A stretch of DNA of 61,640 nt, counting the filler, from Sanchytrium tribonematis (taxonomy: Eukaryota): NCBI GenBank assembly GCA_018985235.1. It is 4 parts of 4 records of this genome, joined end to end, with 100 filler letters (N's around TTAATTAATTAA, not from the genome) between each part and the next. Parts side by side here need not be neighbours in the genome. Positions count along the whole stretch, not along the records: positions 46,403 to 61,640 come from JADGIG010000154.1; 3 more parts are not named here. One strand, 5' to 3'. Below, in pieces: positions 55,725-61,640 of the stretch (within the stretch, counting starts at the first letter, position 1; each line of letters opens with the position of its first letter). The notes under the pieces were generated by a model. The model was not told the origin of the DNA. It was given only the letters and a program-made list of their open reading frames with translations, and did not search any database. The translations under genes were made by a program, and so were the position numbers.

Positions 55725-58700
55725 ATGCTTGTAAAATTTCAATCGTCGTCAAATAGAGTTAAAAATTGCTCTTTTCATCCGACTCAGCCATTAATTTTAA
55801 TTGCACTGCATAACGGGAGTGTTCAATTGTATAATTATTTACTTGGAACCCTGATCAATACGTTTTACGCTCATAATGGTCCAGTTCGAGGGGTTGCCTT
55901 TCATCCAAAGCAGCCACTGTTTGTTAGTGGTGGGGACGATTATTTAATCAAACTTTACAACTTTAAAACAAATGCACAGCCAACTATTTTAATGGGTCAT
56001 TTGGATTACATTCGAAGTGTTTATTTCCATGATGAATTATCTTGGGTGATTTCGGCAAGTGATGATCAAACTCTTAGAATCTGGAATTACATGAATAGAA
56101 CCTGTATATCAATACTGACTGGACACAATCATTATTGTATGCATGCTGTTTTCACGCCTAGCAGTTATGGGAATTATATTATCAGTTGTTCACTTGATCA
56201 AACCATACGAATTTGGGATTATGGAATTTTGAAAAATAAACACACAACAAACAACAGTAGCGCGACATTGGGGGATCAATTCCAGATGGACTGTACTGTC
56301 AAATTTGTACTTGAAGGTCACGATCGAGGTGTTAATTGGGTATCTGTTCACCCTACTCAACCATTAATTGCCAGTGGTGCTGATGATCGCCAGGTTAAAG
56401 TTTGGCGATTAGGGGAAAGTCGAGCATGGGAATTAAGTAGTTTTCGTGGACATTACAATAATGTTTCTAGTGTATGTTTCCACCCGTTTTTGGATTTAAT
56501 TATAAGTAATAGCGAAGACAAATCCATCAGAATATGGGACACGAACAAGCGAGTGATGGTGAATACATTTAAACGAGATAATGATAGATTTTGGTGTATC
56601 AACCCTCATTCAAATCAAGCCCTTTTCGCAGCCGGACACGACAGTGGAGTTCTGGTTTTTAAATTAGAACGAGAACGGCCTTCTATCTGTAGCTATGATA
56701 CTGAATTATTTTGCATTAAAAATGAAAATATTGTAAAGTTTGACATACAGACTAATCAAGAGACTGTTCTGGGTGCATACAAAGGAAAACCGAGAGTGAT
56801 GAGCTATAACCCCATTGAAAAATCGTTCTTAATCGTTAATGCCGAGGAAAGTTTGGTGGAGTGGGTCCAGCCAAGTTCGCAACAGGTACAACAGTTTAGT
56901 GCATCATTGGGTGTGTATATTGCTAGAAATAGGATTGCTTTACTGAATGTGGCTAAAAACAAGATTATTATCAAAGACACCAAAGGAGATATTAATAGAC
57001 AAAAGGAATTGGACGTTCAGATACCAGTTACAAATATGATCTCGGCGGGGACAGCACATGTTTTATTGCTTTCGAGCCAGGTTGTTCAGCTTTGGGATGT
57101 TCAACAAGGAATTCTTATAAGCGAGGTCAAACAGAGTCAATGCAAATATGCAATATGGTCCCATGACCTCAGACATGTAGCATTATTGTCCAAACATGCC
57201 ATCACTATATGCACACGAAATTTGGTGGTAAAAACTATAGTTCATGAGACTCTGCGAATCAAAAGTGCTGTGTGGACACATGGCGTATTAATTTATAGCA
57301 CCCTGAATCATTTGAAATATTGCTTGCTGAATGGCGATGTCGGAATTATTCAAACGATTGCTGAACCAATCTATATATCCAAAGCAGAGCCTTCGAAATT
57401 GTACGGTTGGACCAGACAAAAGAATGTAAAAATTTTTGAAATCGACCCAACAGAATATTTATTTAAGCGTGCGTTAATTAATAGAGATTATGCACAAGTG
57501 AGTCATATTATAGAAAACTCGAACCTGATGGGACAAGCAATTATTGCGTACTTGCAAAAAAAAGGATATCCAGAAGTTGCTCTTCAGTTTGTTCGAGATC
57601 CCGCAACAAAATTCGAACTTGCTGTTGAATGTGGCGATTTGAATACGGCATTTGAGACTGCAAAATCTATTAATTCTTCAGAAACTTGGTTTAAACTCGG
57701 TGAAGAATCAATTTTGAATGGAAACGCGAAGCTGGCGGAGCAGTGTTATCAGCAAAGTAAGCAACTCGGGAAGCTTTCATTCCTTTATCTTGTGAACGGA
57801 AACACTGAGAGACTGCAAAAAATGCTTCAAGTACATGTCAATCGTCAGGACCCAGTAATGGCGTTTCAAACAGCCTTAATGTTAGGTAACGTCGAAAAAC
57901 GATTCGAAATTTTGAAAGATTCAAAGCAATATGCTTTGGCTTATATGCTGGCGAAAACTCATGGGCTTCAAGATAAAGCTAATGAAGTACAACAGGCAGC
58001 CAATATCACAGGTCCTGTTCTCTGGAAACCAGCAGGATTGACGCTGACAACTCCTGCTCCATTAACAGCAGAAGATCTTTTTCAATGGCCCTTAAGATCT
58101 ATGGACAAAGGATTTTTTGATGGGGAATCTAGTGTCGTTAAGAACGAAAATTCTGAAGAGGAAGTAGAAAATGATTGGGTGGAAGAGGAAGAAGAATTGA
58201 AGCTTCCAACAAAGACTTTGGCAGAGGCTATGAAAAATATAGACATAAAGTCAGATGGGTGGGGAGTGGATGATTTTGATATTCCCGCTGCGATTGTCGA
58301 AGACTCAAAAGTTAAAGCAAGCAAGCTAGACGATAGGCTAGTGAGTATTGCACGAACATCTTCTGAACCTCTACATCACATTTCTGCTGGGCTCTTTGAA
58401 AGTGCCGTGAAAATTTTATATAATCAATTTGGCATTGTCAATTTTGAAATTTTGCGACCACACTTTCTTAGAATATACGAATCAAATCATGCATCGCTGG
58501 AGTTTCTGCCAAATGCACCCTTTCTAGATATTTGCCTCAGTATCTTTCCCTATTCTTTACAAGCGCTTATTGCAGAAATTACTGAGGCTTATAAAATTAC
58601 TTCAGCTGGATCTTTTTCCGAGGCTGTGTCTGTATTTAGAGAAATTCTTCAAAAATGTGTGTTCTTGAAAGCAGATCCATCTAATGTTAACGAAGTCTTG

Positions 58701-59211
58701 ATGTTAATCAAAGTCTGTCGAACTTATATATTGGGTTTGAGTATTGAAATTGAACGCCGTACAGTAGAGCAGTCTAACCCCAAAAGGAATGTAGAACTTT
58801 CTGTATACTTTGCATCATGTGATTTACAAGCTGCTCATTTGCAACTTGCTCTAAGATCATCCATGTCCATTTGCTTTAAAGCGGGCTGCTTTTTAACTTG
58901 CTTGTACACAGCTAAGAGATTACTGGACATGAATCCACCCGATCAAATTGCCCAAAAGGTCATTCTAATTAATGTAGATTCGGACAGTAGCTATTCAGTG
59001 TGAACAAAATCCAACTGATGCAATAAAGCTAGCATGCAAACCGAATACTGCGTTAAAATTGTGCAGTAGCTCTTATTCCCCAATAGTCAATTTATTAAAT
59101 TGCAGCTTTTGTATTGCAGAATATGAAGCTTCTTTAAAAGGCAAATTGTGTCAGGTCTGCAAACTAGGCGTCATAGGTGATCAAAAACCTGGGTTTTCTT
59201 TAAGATCATAA
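55725..59211 (+). CDS. COPA: Coatomer subunit alpha; 19-nt intron 58959-58977
   Basis: MLVKFQSSSNRVK, WD40 repeats, LEGHDRGVNW, YLQKKGYPEVAL; removing gtcattctaattaatgtag adds IRTVAIQCEQNPTDA...KGKLCQVC C-terminus. Confidence 0.97.
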
Positions 59212-59485
59212 TAAATCTAAATAAGCACATACTTCAGAAAGACTAATCAGTCATCACTTTCAGGGTTAGCATGAGATCATCAGAAGTTACAACTTACCGT
59301 AGTCCTATCAACGATTACAACTTACTGTATAATATCACATGTAGTATCATCGGTAGAATATTTCCCAATCTAAATTAATTTGTTACTCAGTCGAAAGATG
59401 GAAAATCACTCAGGATTTCAAGAATTGTATTGTCTTCTTGGAAATGAACCTACCTAAAAATATTTTCAAGGAGTTCTCCTGGAAA

Positions 59486-59683
59486 ATGAAATTGATTCTT
59501 GGAAATATTCAAATAAAAGATTTCAAGAATACGTTAAATAAACTATTTGGTAAATTAGGTTCTGCTATCCCGTACCGCAAAACTTCCCAAAATGAAATTG
59601 AAATTGACGATAGAGACGAGGCGAAAATACGATGCGCTATAGCACTTTGTGCTTCTCCAATTGGCGATAGTCGAGAAAGATAG
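59486..59683 (+). CDS. Possible small RNase P subunit (Pop8/Rpp14-like); 3' end uncertain
   Basis: FKNTLNKLFGKLGSAIP...KIRCAIAL resembles the L..LFG..G.AIP...l.aAL pattern. Confidence 0.35.
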   Translation: MKLILGNIQIKDFKNTLNKLFGKLGSAIPYRKTSQNEIEIDDRDEAKIRCAIALCASPIGDSRER

Positions 59684-59739
59684 TGGATCAGCGTTGCCAA
59701 TGACTATTATTTATAGTCAGATCCTCAAAATAATACAAA

Positions 59740-60915
59740 ATGTTGTTTTGGACAGTGAATCTGGTTTTAGCTTCGGTCGCTTTCAAAAAAATGTTAGTCC
59801 GAATAGACAAAGTATTAAGAGATGTAGACATGGACGTCTGGAGTGTCGGGGAGGATCATGTAGATATATTTGCATTTCCTAATGACTTGAAAGATATTCA
59901 ATACACTGTGATCGATGCAAATCTCGAAAGTAAGGCAATGTTGGAGCGTGAAAGAATATCCAACAATGTTAGGTTGGCTTCAGCAGACCCTATCACGAAT
60001 TTCTTTCTTGATTTCTATACATTTGAAGAAATTATTTTGTGGTATGATACTCTTGCAAATAATTTTAAGACCTTTTTTAAAAAAGTAGTGATAGGAAAGT
60101 CAGTGCAAAATCGAGATTTAGTTGCTTACCACATCACAAAGCCCAACAATTTTCCTAAAAAGCAAATTTTCTTGATGTCGCTTATTCATGCAAGAGAATG
60201 GCTAACTGCTCCAGTAATAGGATTCACGGTACATAAGCTTTTGACCGAAAACGATTTACTAAACGAGATTGAGTTGATTGTTATGCCAGTTGTCAATCCC
60301 GATGGTTATGCTTACACGCATGAGAATGACCGATATTGGAGGAAAAATTTGGGCCAAAATGGATATGGAGTGGACTTGAATAGAAATTTTGACATTCATT
60401 GGAACCAAGGTGGCGCAAGTACCAATCCGAAATCTGATAGTTACCAAGGACCATCTGCATTTTCAGAGCCCGAGACTAAAGCCATTAGAGATTATTACGA
60501 AACATTGGAAACAGTAGTGGGTGCAATTGACACACATTGTTTTTCTCAGTTGATTTTGAGGCCATTAGGATGGCAGGGTACTTCAGAGCACGAAAAGGAA
60601 CTAAAATCTTTAGGTGATCTTATGGCAAGTGCGATTTATAAAAATGGAAAACAAAAATATCGCTCAATGAGGATCGTAGATCTTTACAAGACCACTGGTA
60701 GCAGTATAGACTATTTTTACGATAAAAAGAAAATTGTAGGTGGAATGACAGTTAGGCCCTATGCCATGGCTTATGAACTAAGGCCATCACAAACTGGAGG
60801 TGATTTTGTCGTATCTCCAGAATTGATTCTTCCCACAGCTACAGAGATATATGCCGCAAATCTGGAATATTTCAAACAAGTTTTAGCTAAACCATTAAAT
60901 TCAACAAATCAGTAA
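59740..60915 (+). CDS. Secreted M14A zinc carboxypeptidase with propeptide
   Basis: IHAREW, NPDGY, WRKN, GVDLNRNF, SEPET, DTH, YELRP. Confidence 0.95.
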   Translation: MLFWTVNLVLASVAFKKMLVRIDKVLRDVDMDVWSVGEDHVDIFAFPNDLKDIQYTVIDANLESKAMLERERISNNVRLASADPITNFFLDFYTFEEIILWYDTLANNFKTFFKKVVIGKSVQNRDLVAYHITKPNNFPKKQIFLMSLIHAREWLTAPVIGFTVHKLLTENDLLNEIELIVMPVVNPDGYAYTHENDRYWRKNLGQNGYGVDLNRNFDIHWNQGGASTNPKSDSYQGPSAFSEPETKAIRDYYETLETVVGAIDTHCFSQLILRPLGWQGTSEHEKELKSLGDLMASAIYKNGKQKYRSMRIVDLYKTTGSSIDYFYDKKKIVGGMTVRPYAMAYELRPSQTGGDFVVSPELILPTATEIYAANLEYFKQVLAKPLNSTNQ

Positions 60916-60920
60916 ATTGA

Positions 60921-61640
60921 CTATTTCTTTATTAAATAATTTAGTTTTGCACCAAGCGATGAGCTCCTAGCTTTTACTGCCAAAAGCTGTTTAATTCTAT
61001 TCATTAATTTTCCGTATGTATCTTGAACACAAGGATCGAGTTCCTGGGGTGAAAAATGACTCAACATGATTTTTATGACACTAACACATAAGTTCTCGTA
61101 AATGCTTTGGGAAGAAAGACATTTAAGGCACTTTGATAATATTTTAGAAATTTTGGAAGAATTTCTTATGGTCAAACCGTGAATCAACCCGCCACAATAA
61201 TCAATGTAGTCCAAAACTAACCAAAAATCATCTGAATCAATGGAAAGATCGATAGCTTTAGAAAACTGATATCTGCGTAAAGCTTTGTGAACAATTGTAG
61301 AATTTTGATTAATTGCAATACAATCTCGACTGAATCGAGCCTTGAATTGAATACTATTTTCAGCTTGTAAATGTTTAATATTTAATCGATTAGGATATTT
61401 TCTAACCATACCATTAACGAGTCCTACTGTCACGCATTTGCTTTCAGTAACTATGTCCAAAATTGGAGACACAGTTTTAAATGACGACTGTAATTTAAGA
61501 TCCTTGTCAAAGCATTTTATAGATTGATCAAGAGAAGATGCTACAATACACTCATCCTGCAATCTCAATTGAGTAATCGACTTCGTATTTTTTGACACAC
61601 AATATTTTTGTATAACTTTTCTATCTTGAAGAAACCGCAC
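60921..61640 (-). CDS. Probable Utp15-like protein, 5' truncated by window end
   Basis: Last WD repeats (ASSLDQSIKCFD, SPILDI, VGLVNG) then KALRRYQFSKAID and GLIHGLTIRN helical domain. Confidence 0.6.
   Translation of the reverse strand: MRFLQDRKVIQKYCVSKNTKSITQLRLQDECIVASSLDQSIKCFDKDLKLQSSFKTVSPILDIVTESKCVTVGLVNGMVRKYPNRLNIKHLQAENSIQFKARFSRDCIAINQNSTIVHKALRRYQFSKAIDLSIDSDDFWLVLDYIDYCGGLIHGLTIRNSSKISKILSKCLKCLSSQSIYENLCVSVIKIMLSHFSPQELDPCVQDTYGKLMNRIKQLLAVKARSSSLGAKLNYLIKK

Overview
Eukaryotic, AT-rich, extremely gene-dense nuclear DNA. It is probably from a reduced, parasitic early-diverging fungus or fungal relative; this is inferred from GH18 chitinase, hevein-domain and tyrosinase genes, a fungal-type actin, and mitochondrial L17/Sam50. 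The window is four unrelated contigs (1-15391, 15492-30880, 30981-46302, 46403-61640; lengths 15391>15389>15322>15238) joined by artificial 100-nt N/TTAATTAATTAA spacers. Contig 1 is an accessory secretome region: a tandem array of seven FCP1/SCP-type (NIF) HAD phosphatase genes or relics with N-terminal hydrophobic leaders, orphan secreted proteins, a hevein protein and a tyrosinase. Contigs 2-4 are mostly housekeeping genes (U2AF1, TTI1, Cu-ATPase, two actins, SmE, Lsm, Snf4, CCR4, CK2, COPA and others). Highlights: (1) ten spliceosomal introns of only 19-20 nt, each restoring a reading frame; (2) a 2.7-kb unit bounded by 170-bp direct repeats that pairs a tyrosine recombinase with a RuvC/A22-like Holliday-junction resolvase, a candidate undescribed mobile element; (3) the putatively secreted CTD-phosphatase array; (4) microsporidia-like CCC/GGG motifs before start codons and very short signal peptides. 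All calls come from reading motifs by eye; no database searches were run.
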